DNA from: Dehalococcoidia bacterium
GTDB taxonomy: Bacteria; Chloroflexota; Dehalococcoidia; GIF9; UBA5629
Direction: 5' to 3'
DNA: 64,000 nt
NCBI GenBank assembly: GCA_034433775.1
Contig: DAOUAI010000032.1
Coordinates: 206-64,205 of the forward strand
Shown: positions 1 to 9,437 of the stretch, in pieces
How the letters are laid out: each line of letters starts with the position of its first letter
Position numbering within the stretch: position 1 is the first letter of the stretch
Notes under the pieces: model-generated
Seen by the model: only the letters and a program-made list of their open reading frames with translations
Told to the model about the DNA's origin: nothing
Database searches by the model: none
Program-made: the position numbers and the translations under genes

Positions 1-261
1 ATCATATCACCAGACCGTGTTAAGCAAGGCGAAACCGTAACCATAAGTGCAATGGTAACCAACAGTGGTGAAGTTAGTGGCAGCTATAGCGTGGTTCTAA
101 AAATAAAGGGGACAGTTGAAGGCGTGGAAGAAGTGCATCTAGGACCGAACACCAGTGAAAGAGTTAGCTTCGCCATCACTAAAAACACGCCCGGTTTTTA
201 CAATGTAGAGCTGGAGGGATTAACTGGTAGATTTGTTGTTGAAATGGAGTGGCAAGGCTAA
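1..261 (+). CDS. 3' end of a gene truncated by the window start; beta-rich CARDB-like/cell-surface type domain
   Basis: Frame is open from nt 1 into ORF 52..261; alternating hydrophobic/polar beta-strand pattern; no catalytic motif recognised. Confidence 0.35.
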   Translation: MISPDRVKQGETVTISAMVTNSGEVSGSYSVVLKIKGTVEGVEEVHLGPNTSERVSFAITKNTPGFYNVELEGLTGRFVVEMEWQG

Positions 262-749
262 TTCTCACTTTCCCCGGTCTTTCTCACAACCCTCCAGAGT
301 TTGTCCGGCTGCTCTATACGGTCGATATATAGAACTCCATTAAGATGGTCCAGTTCATGCTCTATCGCCTGCGCAAGAAGTCCTTCGCCTTTAATACGGA
401 CAATCTTACCCGACCTGTCTTGAGCCTTAATTTTGACCCAGATGGATCTCTTCAACTCACCTTGATACCCAGGGATACTGAGGCAGGCCTCTTCAACCAA
501 GCGTTCACCATACTTCTTCACAAATTCGGGGTTAATTAGAACAATAACCTCCTCTCCAGGAACTTCAATAACAGCCAATCTCAGTGGGACACCTACCTGG
601 GGTGCAGCAAGCCCCACCCCTGAAGCAGCACGCATGGTCTCAACCATATCATCAATCAGCCGCTGCACAGCACCATCAATACTGACTATTCTCTTGGCTT
701 TCTGCCTAAGGATAGGGTCAGGTAATACACGGATTGAGAGGATAGACAT
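258..749 (-). CDS. def: peptide deformylase
   Basis: GVGLAAPQVG, EACLSIPG and HELDHLNG (HExxH) motifs of the PDF family. Confidence 0.9.
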   Translation of the reverse strand: MSILSIRVLPDPILRQKAKRIVSIDGAVQRLIDDMVETMRAASGVGLAAPQVGVPLRLAVIEVPGEEVIVLINPEFVKKYGERLVEEACLSIPGYQGELKRSIWVKIKAQDRSGKIVRIKGEGLLAQAIEHELDHLNGVLYIDRIEQPDKLWRVVRKTGESEN

Positions 750-760
750 TCTAAGTAAAA

Positions 761-3196
761 TTAAAGCACATCTATCGGGTCAATGTCCACGGTCCAACCA
801 CGCTTGAAGACCATGGGAGCTAAAAACCCGGAAACATCGCTCCCGCAAAGAAGTATCTGCCACTGATAACGTCCCCGAATGCGGGACACAAAAGATGGTG
901 CTGGTCCAATCAAGCGGATATCCGGAGCCCCTTTTCTGTCAGCTTCACTCAGCAAGAGCTTGGCCACCCGTTGGGCTTCCTTGCGGCATGCGACTTCATT
1001 GGTATGAGTAAAAACCAAGCGAGCCAAACGCCCGAAAGGTGGATAACCAAACTGACGTCGGTAATTCAGTTCTTGTGCGTAGAAATCGGCATAATCATGC
1101 TTTGATGCTGCCTTGATAGCATAATGCTCCGGGCAGTAGGTTTGGATGATCACCCTGCCCGCCGTAAAACCACGCCCTGCCCTCCCCGCCACCTGACACA
1201 AAAGCTGGAATGTCCGTTCTCCAGCCCTAAAATCAGGAAAATTTAAACCGGTGTCTGCACTTATCACCCCCACCAATGTTACCCCTGGCAGATCGAGCCC
1301 CTTAGCCACCATCTGAGTGCCCACAAGTATATCCGCCTCGTGATTACGAAATCGGTTCAGCAACTCCTCGTGAGCCTTACGTCCCAATGTCACATCTCTA
1401 TCCCATCTGATGACCCGGGCCTGGGGGAAAATGCTACGAACCTCTTCCTCAACCTTCTGCGTACCTACACCTAGAAATTTAAGGCGCTGGTCAGAACATC
1501 GAGGACAACTACTAGGTAGCGCGACAGAATAACCACAGCGATGACAGACCAGCCTTTTTGTTGCTGAATGATACGTTAGAGCCACTGTACAACTCCTGCA
1601 ATTAAAAACAAAACCACAATGACGGCACTGAATAAATGTGGCAGTACCACGCCTGTTTAGAAACAAAATTATCTGTCCTCTATTATCTAATGTATCGGCT
1701 ATGGCTGATAAAAGTGCGCTGCTGAAAAGGCTTCGATTTCCCGTCTTAAGTTCATCTCTAAGATCTACAACCTCGACTTCAGGTAACGGCACAATACCCT
1801 GTAGCGCAATACGCTCTTTAAGCTCAACAAGTTCATAGTCCCCCTGTAGGGCCTTATAATACGTCTCGACATCCGGTGTTGCACTTCCCAAAATGACTAC
1901 AGCCCCAGTAAGCTGGGCCAGCTTAATCGCCACATCGCGGGCATGGTAGTACGGTGATTTATCTGATTGCTTATATGTCCATTCATGTTCCTCGTCAATA
2001 ATAATTAACCCGAGATCAGGTTGAGGAGCAAAAAGAGCACTTCTAGGACCAATGACCACATCACACATCCCGTCCCTTATACGACGCCACTCATCAAATT
2101 GCTCCCCCAAAGACAGACCACTATGAAGTACAGCTACTCGTCCCGGAAATCGCGCGGCGAAACGCTCTATTGTTTGAGAAGTCAGGGCAATCTCAGGCAC
2201 AAGACAAATACCACGCTTGCCCTGAGCAACAACCTCAGCCAGAGCTCTGAGATATATTTCAGTCTTACCACTGCCGGTAATGCCATGAAGCAGCAAGACT
2301 GGCGGTGATTTAAAACTGCTTCGCCGAGCTATTCGATCCAAAATCTTCTGCCATGCTTCTCTCTGTGCCCCGGTCAATTCTGGGGGCATAGAGAGACGGA
2401 CCTTCAGATGCGCTAGAGGGTCTCGCCTTACCTCAACAAGCTCTGTAGTCACCAATCCACGCTTTCTCAGCAACCCGATTACCGAATTTGAACAGACCAC
2501 CTTTTGTTTCACTTCAGCTGCACGTACAGCTTTACCCTGCTCAATTAGAAAGTCCAAGACTGCTGCCTGCTTATAAGCCCCTGTCTTTTTAAGACGAATG
2601 ACTTCACTTTCAACTGCTGGAGGCGTCAAGCCCAGCTTTAAGAAAAGCTCATGTTTAGGCTTGACCTTAGCTTGCTCAAGCTCTTGACTTTTAGACACAA
2701 GACGCCGTCGCATTAGTTGCTCAATCGCCAGCTCTGTCTTCCTCTTACCAAACGCCTTTTCGAGCTCTTTTATGCTTACCTTACCTTTACCTTCGAAGAA
2801 ATTTATTACTTGCTTGAGCTCTGACTCTAAATTACCAATATCAGATGGTTGCATCGTAAGCAGTAAAAATGTGACCAAACGACGTTCAAATCCGGGCGGC
2901 AACATTAAAGCAATAGCATCAAACAAAGGAGAGAGATAATATCTACTCAACCAAGAAGCAAGTTCGATGTGGAGAGAAGAAAGCAAAGGCGAAGGTGTAA
3001 TAATATCACTGATTGGTTTGGTGACCTCGATGCTGGGATAATCGCAAAGCCCGACAACTACACCCTGGACAATCTGAGAACCGAACGGTACCCAAACAGC
3101 CTGTCCAATCTCGATTGCTAAGTGTGGAGGTACAGAATAACAAAAACTATGTTGCCGGGCAAAAGGCACATTAACTGCCACATCTGCATAATTCAT
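761..3196 (-). CDS. priA: primosomal protein N' (replication restart helicase PriA)
   Basis: 811 aa; Walker A GITGSGKTEIYL, DEEH box, internal Cys-rich zinc-binding insert (CRHCG...CRSC...CHRCG...CPRC). Confidence 0.9.
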   Translation of the reverse strand: MNYADVAVNVPFARQHSFCYSVPPHLAIEIGQAVWVPFGSQIVQGVVVGLCDYPSIEVTKPISDIITPSPLLSSLHIELASWLSRYYLSPLFDAIALMLPPGFERRLVTFLLLTMQPSDIGNLESELKQVINFFEGKGKVSIKELEKAFGKRKTELAIEQLMRRRLVSKSQELEQAKVKPKHELFLKLGLTPPAVESEVIRLKKTGAYKQAAVLDFLIEQGKAVRAAEVKQKVVCSNSVIGLLRKRGLVTTELVEVRRDPLAHLKVRLSMPPELTGAQREAWQKILDRIARRSSFKSPPVLLLHGITGSGKTEIYLRALAEVVAQGKRGICLVPEIALTSQTIERFAARFPGRVAVLHSGLSLGEQFDEWRRIRDGMCDVVIGPRSALFAPQPDLGLIIIDEEHEWTYKQSDKSPYYHARDVAIKLAQLTGAVVILGSATPDVETYYKALQGDYELVELKERIALQGIVPLPEVEVVDLRDELKTGNRSLFSSALLSAIADTLDNRGQIILFLNRRGTATFIQCRHCGFVFNCRSCTVALTYHSATKRLVCHRCGYSVALPSSCPRCSDQRLKFLGVGTQKVEEEVRSIFPQARVIRWDRDVTLGRKAHEELLNRFRNHEADILVGTQMVAKGLDLPGVTLVGVISADTGLNFPDFRAGERTFQLLCQVAGRAGRGFTAGRVIIQTYCPEHYAIKAASKHDYADFYAQELNYRRQFGYPPFGRLARLVFTHTNEVACRKEAQRVAKLLLSEADRKGAPDIRLIGPAPSFVSRIRGRYQWQILLCGSDVSGFLAPMVFKRGWTVDIDPIDVL

Positions 3197-3216
3197 GCCA
3201 CCGCTTCAACCCTTGC

Positions 3217-3651
3217 TTATGCCTCTTCCTTAACCTCGGCACTATTTGCAGAACCTTCGGCTAGTTCACTCTCACCTATAGCCACCTCTGAACCACCCCC
3301 CACGATCATCCTCTCTCGCCTTTCCTTCAGGCGTGACTCCCGGGCACTAAGTTTACGTATATAGTACAATTTAGCTCTACGCACCTTGCCACGACGCACT
3401 ACTTCTACTTTCTCCAAAAAGGGAGAGTTGAAAGGAAAAGTATGTTCTACCCCAACACCATAAGCAACCTTTCTGATGGTAAAACTGCCGCCTCCACCAC
3501 CACGCCTTACCCTGACAACAAGCCCTTGCAAGGTCTGAACTCGCTCACGGTTAGCTTCTTTAACTCTAACACCAACTCTGACCGTATCTCCGGGAACGAT
3601 CTCGGGTATACTGGAACCTGTTTTAGATTGTGTAAGAATGCTACTATCCAT
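3217..3651 (-). CDS. rplS: 50S ribosomal protein L19 with acidic C-terminal extension
   Basis: L19 core (VRVGVRVKE...RVQTLQGLVV...RKVAYGVGVE) directly downstream of trmD as in the conserved trmD-rplS pair; about 30 extra C-terminal residues. Confidence 0.9.
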   Translation of the reverse strand: MDSSILTQSKTGSSIPEIVPGDTVRVGVRVKEANRERVQTLQGLVVRVRRGGGGGSFTIRKVAYGVGVEHTFPFNSPFLEKVEVVRRGKVRRAKLYYIRKLSARESRLKERRERMIVGGGSEVAIGESELAEGSANSAEVKEEA

Positions 3652-3664
3652 CTTCTATATCCCT

Positions 3665-4426
3665 CTAAGAACCAGTTTGAAAAACTTCATCGAGCAATTT
3701 TTTATCTTCGTCAGAGAGAGTAATCTTACTGAACAAGTCAGGACGTCGCTTAGCCGTCCGCATCAGACGCTGCTGGCGTCGCCATCTGGCAATGGCACCA
3801 TGGTCGCCAGAAAGAAGAACCGGTGGAATTGCCCAGCCCCGATAGACTGCTGGACGAGTATACTGTGGATACTCTAGCAAACCTTCAGTATAGGAGTCTT
3901 CACTCAACGAAGCTTCTGAACCAAGCACACCTGGTAAAAGCCTTACCACACTATCCAATACAACCATGGCAGCTACCTCACCCCCGCTTAACAAGTAATC
4001 ACCAATGCTAATCTCATCGGTGGTTAAATGCTCTGCAACCCTTTCATCAACACCTTCATAGCGCCCACAGATTAATATCATCGATTCATAGCTAGCCAGC
4101 TGCCTGGCGATTTCCTGAGTAAAAAGCCGTCCCTGTGGACTAAGCAAAACAACAGGCACACATGCTAAACCTACCTCCATCTTAATAGCCTCAACAGCCT
4201 CAAATATGGGTTCCGGCTTTAACACCATACCAGCACCGCCACCGTAAGGATAATCATCGACGGTGCGATGCTTATCGTGGGCATAATCGCGGATATTATG
4301 GAGCCTTATATCAACGAGATGGCGTTCTATGGCTCTCCTAACAATACTCGAGCCGATGAAACCATCAAACATCTGAGGGAATAAAGTTAGAACATCGATA
4401 CGCATTTTTACCTTACTGCTACTCAT
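3665..4426 (-). CDS. trmD: tRNA (guanine37-N1)-methyltransferase
   Basis: [13 protein letters not shown] start and SPOUT knot region; conserved synteny with rplS. Confidence 0.9.
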   Translation of the reverse strand: MSSSKVKMRIDVLTLFPQMFDGFIGSSIVRRAIERHLVDIRLHNIRDYAHDKHRTVDDYPYGGGAGMVLKPEPIFEAVEAIKMEVGLACVPVVLLSPQGRLFTQEIARQLASYESMILICGRYEGVDERVAEHLTTDEISIGDYLLSGGEVAAMVVLDSVVRLLPGVLGSEASLSEDSYTEGLLEYPQYTRPAVYRGWAIPPVLLSGDHGAIARWRRQQRLMRTAKRRPDLFSKITLSDEDKKLLDEVFQTGS

Positions 4427-4898
4427 GCCCTCTACCGCTAAGAATCTCTATAGCATGCGGTAAGACAGGCAAAATGACCTCAAAACATTCCTTCACAGCT
4501 GCTGGACTACCGGGGAGATTGATGATCAAACACTTGCCCCGAATTCCAGCAACAGCCCGACTCAGTAATGCTTCCGGTTTCTTCTTTGCTGTTTCTATTC
4601 TCATCGCCTCACTCAAACCAGGAACCGTTTTATCAAGCACCATCGAAGTTGCCTCTGGAGTAACATCCCTAGCTGCCAATCCTGTGCCACCACTGGTCAC
4701 AATAAGATCGATACCTTCGACATCGGCCCACTCCTTCAAAGTAGCAGAAATAATATCAACTTCATCAGGTACTATGGCATACCTAACTATCTTAATACCA
4801 AGCTGGCTGATGTATTCACAGACCACCTTGCCACTCTCATCCCCCCTCTCACCACGCCAGCTCCTATCGCTTACCACCAATACTCCACCGAGCAACAT
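4419..4898 (-). CDS. mogA: molybdopterin adenylyltransferase MogA/MoaB family
   Basis: SDR-x-GxD N-terminus, TSGGTG motif, NLPGSP motif; 159 aa. Confidence 0.8.
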   Translation of the reverse strand: MLLGGVLVVSDRSWRGERGDESGKVVCEYISQLGIKIVRYAIVPDEVDIISATLKEWADVEGIDLIVTSGGTGLAARDVTPEATSMVLDKTVPGLSEAMRIETAKKKPEALLSRAVAGIRGKCLIINLPGSPAAVKECFEVILPVLPHAIEILSGRGHE

Positions 4899-5058
4899 CT
4901 GTTTATTTTACCACATCCAATAAAAGCTTGAAACCGCTTGGTACCTTGACCTTTAACTACACAAAACAAGAACATCGTTTTTACACAATATATAGGTACT
5001 CATCTAAAAAATTGACTATATATCGACCAGAGCCAAGGTTACACAACTTTCTTGCGTG

Positions 5059-5164
5059 GTGAAAAATTGTGAAAAACCGTGAAAATTGGTGGGGAGGGTA
5101 TTGACAAATTGGGTAACAAGTGTTTTATAATGGTGAAAAGTGGGAAAAAGTGGGAAAAAGGAGG
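5059..5164 (+). promoter_or_regulatory. sigma70-like promoter flanked by phased GTGAA/GTGGG repeats (MraZ-box-like operator array) and an RBS
   Basis: GTGAA at 5059, 5069, 5079 and GTGGG at 5089 (exact 10-bp period); -35 TTGACA 5101-5106; -10 TATAAT 5126-5131; GTGAA 5133, GTGGG 5140, GTGGG 5150; RBS AAGGAGG 5158-5164; ATG 5172. Confidence 0.5.
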
Positions 5165-5171
5165 TAGCACG

Positions 5172-5534
5172 ATGATTGATTGCACGCAATATCGGATAGG
5201 TAACAGCAAGTTATTACGTTTTTTAAGGGACAACAATCACAACAATCTCGAGTTGCAGCTAATCCGCTTTTGGTCTCGCCATCCCCGAGCCAAGCTAAGC
5301 CTCTGTGCTATTGCCTGTGCTTTAGATGTAGCGAAAATCAATCTGAGAGATGCCATTAAGTCACTGGTCATCAAGGGGATACTTCAAGAACAAAACAATG
5401 GCAACGGACTGATCACCTACTCACTGAGTGAAAAGGCAGAGATCCAAGAATGCATAGAGGAGCTGACCAAACTGGACTGGCGTGAGGTCAAAATACTGGA
5501 ACGCCAGCTTGTAGGTGAGGCTATCTTAGTCTAA
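5172..5534 (+). CDS. hypothetical protein, first gene of the mraZ operon (120 aa)
   Basis: ATG 7 nt after AAGGAGG; the 5' part of the listed ORF (5079..5171) reads through the promoter itself and is not coding; no recognisable family. Confidence 0.5.
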   Translation: MIDCTQYRIGNSKLLRFLRDNNHNNLELQLIRFWSRHPRAKLSLCAIACALDVAKINLRDAIKSLVIKGILQEQNNGNGLITYSLSEKAEIQECIEELTKLDWREVKILERQLVGEAILV

Positions 5535-5539
5535 TAAAA

Positions 5540-5965
5540 ATGTTCCTTGGCGAGTACGAATACAAGGTCGACAGCAAAGGCAGACTGCCACTACCCCCGA
5601 AATTCAGACAAGAACTCGGAGGGGAATTGATGCTTACTAGGGGCGCAGAAAGGTGCATCGTCCTTTATCCGGCAGCAGAATGGCATAAGCTGGCTGAAAC
5701 ACTGGCATCACGTGCTGTTTCCCCAAACAAACTGCGTAAGCTAAACCGTGTACTTTTCGGCGCTGCATTCAGCCTAACGCTCGATAGACAGGGCAGAGTT
5801 GCACTTCCACAGCCGCTACGTCAGTACTCTCAGATAGAAGACATAGCTGTTATTGTCGGTGCCAACAACTGCATCGAAATATGGAATCCTGACCTCTGGA
5901 ACGCCGAAAAGGTATCTGCCGAGGAACAAGTCTGGCAGATCATAGAGAGCCTTGAGGGACAGTAA
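5540..5965 (+). CDS. mraZ: transcriptional regulator MraZ
   Basis: Two MraZ repeats (YKVDSKGRLPLP... and DRQGRVALP...); position first in the dcw cluster. Confidence 0.9.
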   Translation: MFLGEYEYKVDSKGRLPLPPKFRQELGGELMLTRGAERCIVLYPAAEWHKLAETLASRAVSPNKLRKLNRVLFGAAFSLTLDRQGRVALPQPLRQYSQIEDIAVIVGANNCIEIWNPDLWNAEKVSAEEQVWQIIESLEGQ

Positions 5966-6927
5966 TGAGTTTAACCATCATGCTACCAACCCATAGACCG
6001 GTAATGTTAAATGAGGTTATAGAAGCGCTGCAGGTCGAAGCCGGGAAACGTTATGTGGACTGCACGCTTGGCTCAGGAGGACATGCTGAAGCGATCCTTA
6101 AAAGAATTATGCCTTACGGGCAACTCCTCGGTATCGATACTGATATCGAAGCTATCAACCTTGTCAGAAGTAGACTTGCAAACTACGCAGGGTCCATGAT
6201 AATAGTGCACGATAACTTTGCCAACCTCAGTGCTATTTGCAAGGAAAACAATTTTTTGCCAGTGCATGGCATTCTCATCGACCTCGGTGTCTCTACAACA
6301 CAATTAGATGTACCGGATCGGGGTTTCAGCTTCCGCTACGATGCCTGCTTGGACATGCGTTTTAATAGGGCAGAAAGATTAACGGCCGCTGACATTGTAA
6401 ACACCTTCTCCGAAGAAGAACTAAATCATCTGATCCGCACATACGGAGAGGAAAGATATAGCCGACAGATAGCGCGTAATATTGTCAAGAACCGCCCTAT
6501 AGTCAGCACACTCCATCTGGCACGCGTTGTAGAACAAGTTACCGGTCACCGCCGTGGCAGAATCCATCCTGCAACCAAGACTTTTCTAGCACTACGCATC
6601 GCTGTTAATCACGAACTGGAAAACCTGGCCGCAGTCTTAAAACAAGCTGTGGAATGCCTTGAATCTGGCGGACGGTTGGTCGTTATTAGTTATCACTCCC
6701 TTGAAGACCGAATCGTAAAGCAATTTATAAATCGAGAAAGCAAGGGGTGTATCTGTCCGCCTGGAACCCCAGTCTGCCAATGTAACCATGTGCCCAGATT
6801 AAAAATAATATCAAAGAAGCCTGTTAGACCTTCTAGCAATGAAATCGGGGCTAACCCTAGGAGTCGCAGTGCTAAACTCAGAATAGCAGAACGCATTAAT
6901 ATTCAGCAGGAGGCTAACCAGTCTTAG
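5965..6927 (+). CDS. rsmH: 16S rRNA (cytosine1402-N4)-methyltransferase RsmH/MraW
   Basis: HRPVMLNEVIEAL, DCTLGSGGHAEAIL SAM-binding motif; start overlaps mraZ stop. Confidence 0.9.
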   Translation: MSLTIMLPTHRPVMLNEVIEALQVEAGKRYVDCTLGSGGHAEAILKRIMPYGQLLGIDTDIEAINLVRSRLANYAGSMIIVHDNFANLSAICKENNFLPVHGILIDLGVSTTQLDVPDRGFSFRYDACLDMRFNRAERLTAADIVNTFSEEELNHLIRTYGEERYSRQIARNIVKNRPIVSTLHLARVVEQVTGHRRGRIHPATKTFLALRIAVNHELENLAAVLKQAVECLESGGRLVVISYHSLEDRIVKQFINRESKGCICPPGTPVCQCNHVPRLKIISKKPVRPSSNEIGANPRSRSAKLRIAERINIQQEANQS

Positions 6928-6956
6928 ACGCTATAAATTTAAAAGGGAGGCGAACA

Positions 6957-8171
6957 ATGAAAAAAGTTATAGCAGCCATCGATGTAGGAACAACAAAGAT
7001 ATGTACCATAGTTGGTACGCTGGACTCGGGAGGCAATATCCAGGTACTCGGAGTTGGCCTTGTACCCTCGCATGGTATGCATAAAGGCATGGTGGTCAAT
7101 GTAGAAGAAGCTCGGGAATCAGTCGCTGAATCAGTGAGACGAGCCGAGCAAGCGAGCGGACTCAAAATAGAAAACGCTTACGTCGGGGTCACCGGGAGGC
7201 ATATAAGTTCTATGAATAGTCACGGAGTTGTTGCCATACCGCGCAATGACCGACTGGTACGACCGGACGACCTTAAGCGAGTCCTGTCCGCTGCTCAACA
7301 AATTAACCTGCCTGATGATAGAAAGATACTCCACGCCATACCACGTGGGTACATGCTAGACAACCAGGAAAGGATCAAAAATCCTGTAGGAATGCATGGT
7401 TTCAGGCTGGACGTAGAAACACACATCATAACCGCAGCTGTAGCCTCGGTACAAAACTTGGTCAAATGCATCCGCAGCGTCGGTGTCGAAATTCAGGACC
7501 TCATCCTGGAACCACTGGCCAGCGGTGAAGCAGTGCTGACACCGGAAGAAAGAGAGGTCGGGGTTATCCTCGCCGATATCGGCGGTGGTACCACCGACAT
7601 AGCAGTATTTAAAGAAGGTAGCATATACCATACATCCGTAATCCCTGTCGCTGGTTATCAAGTAACCAGCGACCTATCCATCGGTTTAGGACTACCTTTC
7701 GAAATTGCCGAAGCGATGAAAAAGAAATATGGCAATGTATACCCTGAGGTGCTCACTAAAAGCCAAGAGACTACTCTCACAGTCGAAGATGGGCACAGCG
7801 TCTCTTACAAAGATCTATGCAGTATCATAAAAGTGCGCATGGAAGAACTCCTTAGACTTATCCTCCTCGAAATGCCAGACTCGAATTATGCTTCTTTAGC
7901 TCCCGCCGGACTGGTACTCACTGGAGGTTCGTCCAAACTTGCAGGGCTTGAAGCTCTAGCCCGAACAACAATCCGCATCCCCACAAGAATTGGTGAGCCC
8001 ATGGGAGTATATGGCATAACGGACATCCTTCATGACCCAGCACACGCCACCGGAGTAGGGCTTTTACTCTGGGGTACAAGAAATCAAGATAAACCAGCAT
8101 GGGAAGCAAGAAAACAAAGCGGGGTTTTCAGTGGCTTTGTAAAGGCACTGAAAAAGTTCTTTGGTGTTTAA
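6957..8171 (+). CDS. ftsA: cell division protein FtsA
   Basis: Actin-like ATPase N-terminus AIDVGTTKICTIVG, DIGGGTTDIAVF phosphate-2 motif; RBS GGGAGG upstream. Confidence 0.9.
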   Translation: MKKVIAAIDVGTTKICTIVGTLDSGGNIQVLGVGLVPSHGMHKGMVVNVEEARESVAESVRRAEQASGLKIENAYVGVTGRHISSMNSHGVVAIPRNDRLVRPDDLKRVLSAAQQINLPDDRKILHAIPRGYMLDNQERIKNPVGMHGFRLDVETHIITAAVASVQNLVKCIRSVGVEIQDLILEPLASGEAVLTPEEREVGVILADIGGGTTDIAVFKEGSIYHTSVIPVAGYQVTSDLSIGLGLPFEIAEAMKKKYGNVYPEVLTKSQETTLTVEDGHSVSYKDLCSIIKVRMEELLRLILLEMPDSNYASLAPAGLVLTGGSSKLAGLEALARTTIRIPTRIGEPMGVYGITDILHDPAHATGVGLLLWGTRNQDKPAWEARKQSGVFSGFVKALKKFFGV

Positions 8172-8209
8172 AACATTAAAGAATAATAGAGAAAAGGAGG
8201 TTTTCAAGA

Positions 8210-9307
8210 ATGGCTAAATCAACATTCTCTATGGCACCAGCCAGAATTAAGGCTATCGGTATTGGTGGCGGCGGCTCAAATGCTATTACCAGAATGGTCA
8301 GAGAGGGAATCAAAGGTGTCGAGTTTATTACCATGAACACCGATGCCCAGGCTCTCGCCCTCTCCGAAGCACCTATAAGAGTCCAGCTAGGAGAAAAGCT
8401 TACCAGGGGTTTGGGTGCCGGCGGTGACCACACTGTAGGCGCTGCAGCCGCTGAGGAAAGCCGCCAGACTATCCAAGAAGTGGTCTCCGGTGCTGACATG
8501 GTCTTTATCACCGCAGGAATGGGTGGGGGCACCGGCACAGGTGGTATTCCAGTGGTTGCAGAAATAGCCAGGCAAAGTGGCGCTCTTACCATTGGCGTTG
8601 TAACCAAACCATTCAGTTTCGAGGGAACAAGGCGCTCCAAAGTAGCTGAAGAAGGCATTCTGAATCTCTGTGAAAAGGTCGACACACTTATAATAATCCC
8701 GAACGACCGACTCCTCGAACTCTGCGATGCCAAAACAACAGTGGACAATGCCTTCAGGCTGGCTGATGATGTACTCAGGCTTGCAGTCCAAGCTATCGCT
8801 GAAGTGGTAACCGTGCCTGGGCTCATCAACCTAGACTTCGCTGACATCAGATCGATAATGAAGAATGCTGGTCCAGCATGGATGTCCGTAGGACGAGCCA
8901 GTGGCCAGAACAGAGCAGTTGAAGCTGCCAGGGCAGCACTCGCCAGCCCTCTGCTAGATGTTTCTGTAAATGGCGCCAAAGGAGTACTATTCAATGTCAC
9001 CGGTGGCAGCAACCTTACCCTCTTCGAATGCAACGAGGCTGCCGAGGTCATAGCACAGGCAGTTGATCCTGACGCTAACATAATATTTGGCGTCGTTTTC
9101 AATCCACAGATGGAAGACGAGATACAGATTACAATAATAGCCACTGGATTCACTGCACAATACGGAGCCGGTGTGCCCACAGAGGCTGAGCTACGTCGCT
9201 TGCTCCGTGGTGTTGCCGAAGATAGCTTAGACGTCCCGTCTTTTCTACGACGTGCACCGCAGTACCCCGCTGCGCGCCCTGCACCTGCCCCCAAAATGCC
9301 CCTGTAA
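8210..9307 (+). CDS. ftsZ: cell division GTPase FtsZ
   Basis: GIGGGGSNAI and GMGGGTGTGG tubulin signature motifs; RBS AAGGAGG upstream. Confidence 0.95.
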   Translation: MAKSTFSMAPARIKAIGIGGGGSNAITRMVREGIKGVEFITMNTDAQALALSEAPIRVQLGEKLTRGLGAGGDHTVGAAAAEESRQTIQEVVSGADMVFITAGMGGGTGTGGIPVVAEIARQSGALTIGVVTKPFSFEGTRRSKVAEEGILNLCEKVDTLIIIPNDRLLELCDAKTTVDNAFRLADDVLRLAVQAIAEVVTVPGLINLDFADIRSIMKNAGPAWMSVGRASGQNRAVEAARAALASPLLDVSVNGAKGVLFNVTGGSNLTLFECNEAAEVIAQAVDPDANIIFGVVFNPQMEDEIQITIIATGFTAQYGAGVPTEAELRRLLRGVAEDSLDVPSFLRRAPQYPAARPAPAPKMPL

Positions 9308-9330
9308 CCCCCAGTCACCCCCTCCCCAAC

Positions 9331-9364
9331 AGAGCGGCAACTTAAAGTTGCCGCTCTGTTTTTA
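9331..9364 (+). terminator. rho-independent terminator after ftsZ
   Basis: Perfect 11-bp stem AGAGCGGCAAC/GTTGCCGCTCT with 5-nt loop, followed by GTTTTT. Confidence 0.7.
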
Positions 9365-9378
9365 AATTCAACTTCGAG

Positions 9379-9407
9379 TTGACAATATCTATATATTGGG
9401 TTATAAT
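9379..9407 (+). promoter_or_regulatory. sigma70-like promoter of nrdR-nrdJ with an AT-rich imperfect palindrome (candidate NrdR box) in the spacer
   Basis: TTGACA 9379-9384, 17-nt spacer, TATAAT 9402-9407; CAATATCTATATATTG at 9383-9398. Confidence 0.4.
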
Positions 9408-9437
9408 TTTGCTGTACCACAGCGTATAGGGGGTATC

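Noticed and set aside
5079-5171. N-terminal 31 codons of the listed 151-aa ORF
   Set aside because: This stretch covers the -35/-10 elements, the GTGGG repeats and the RBS, so the real start is the ATG at 5172 after AAGGAGG.
8176-9420. 414-aa ORF on the minus strand
   Set aside because: Entirely antisense to ftsZ, whose tubulin motifs are unambiguous. Its Ala/Ser/Pro/Thr-rich low-complexity translation is typical of a spurious antisense frame.
9396-9437. Upstream start for nrdR (MGYNFAVPQRIGGI...)
   Set aside because: This start would overlap the -10 element. The ATG at 9438 has a proper RBS and begins exactly at the conserved MKCPYC zinc-ribbon N-terminus.
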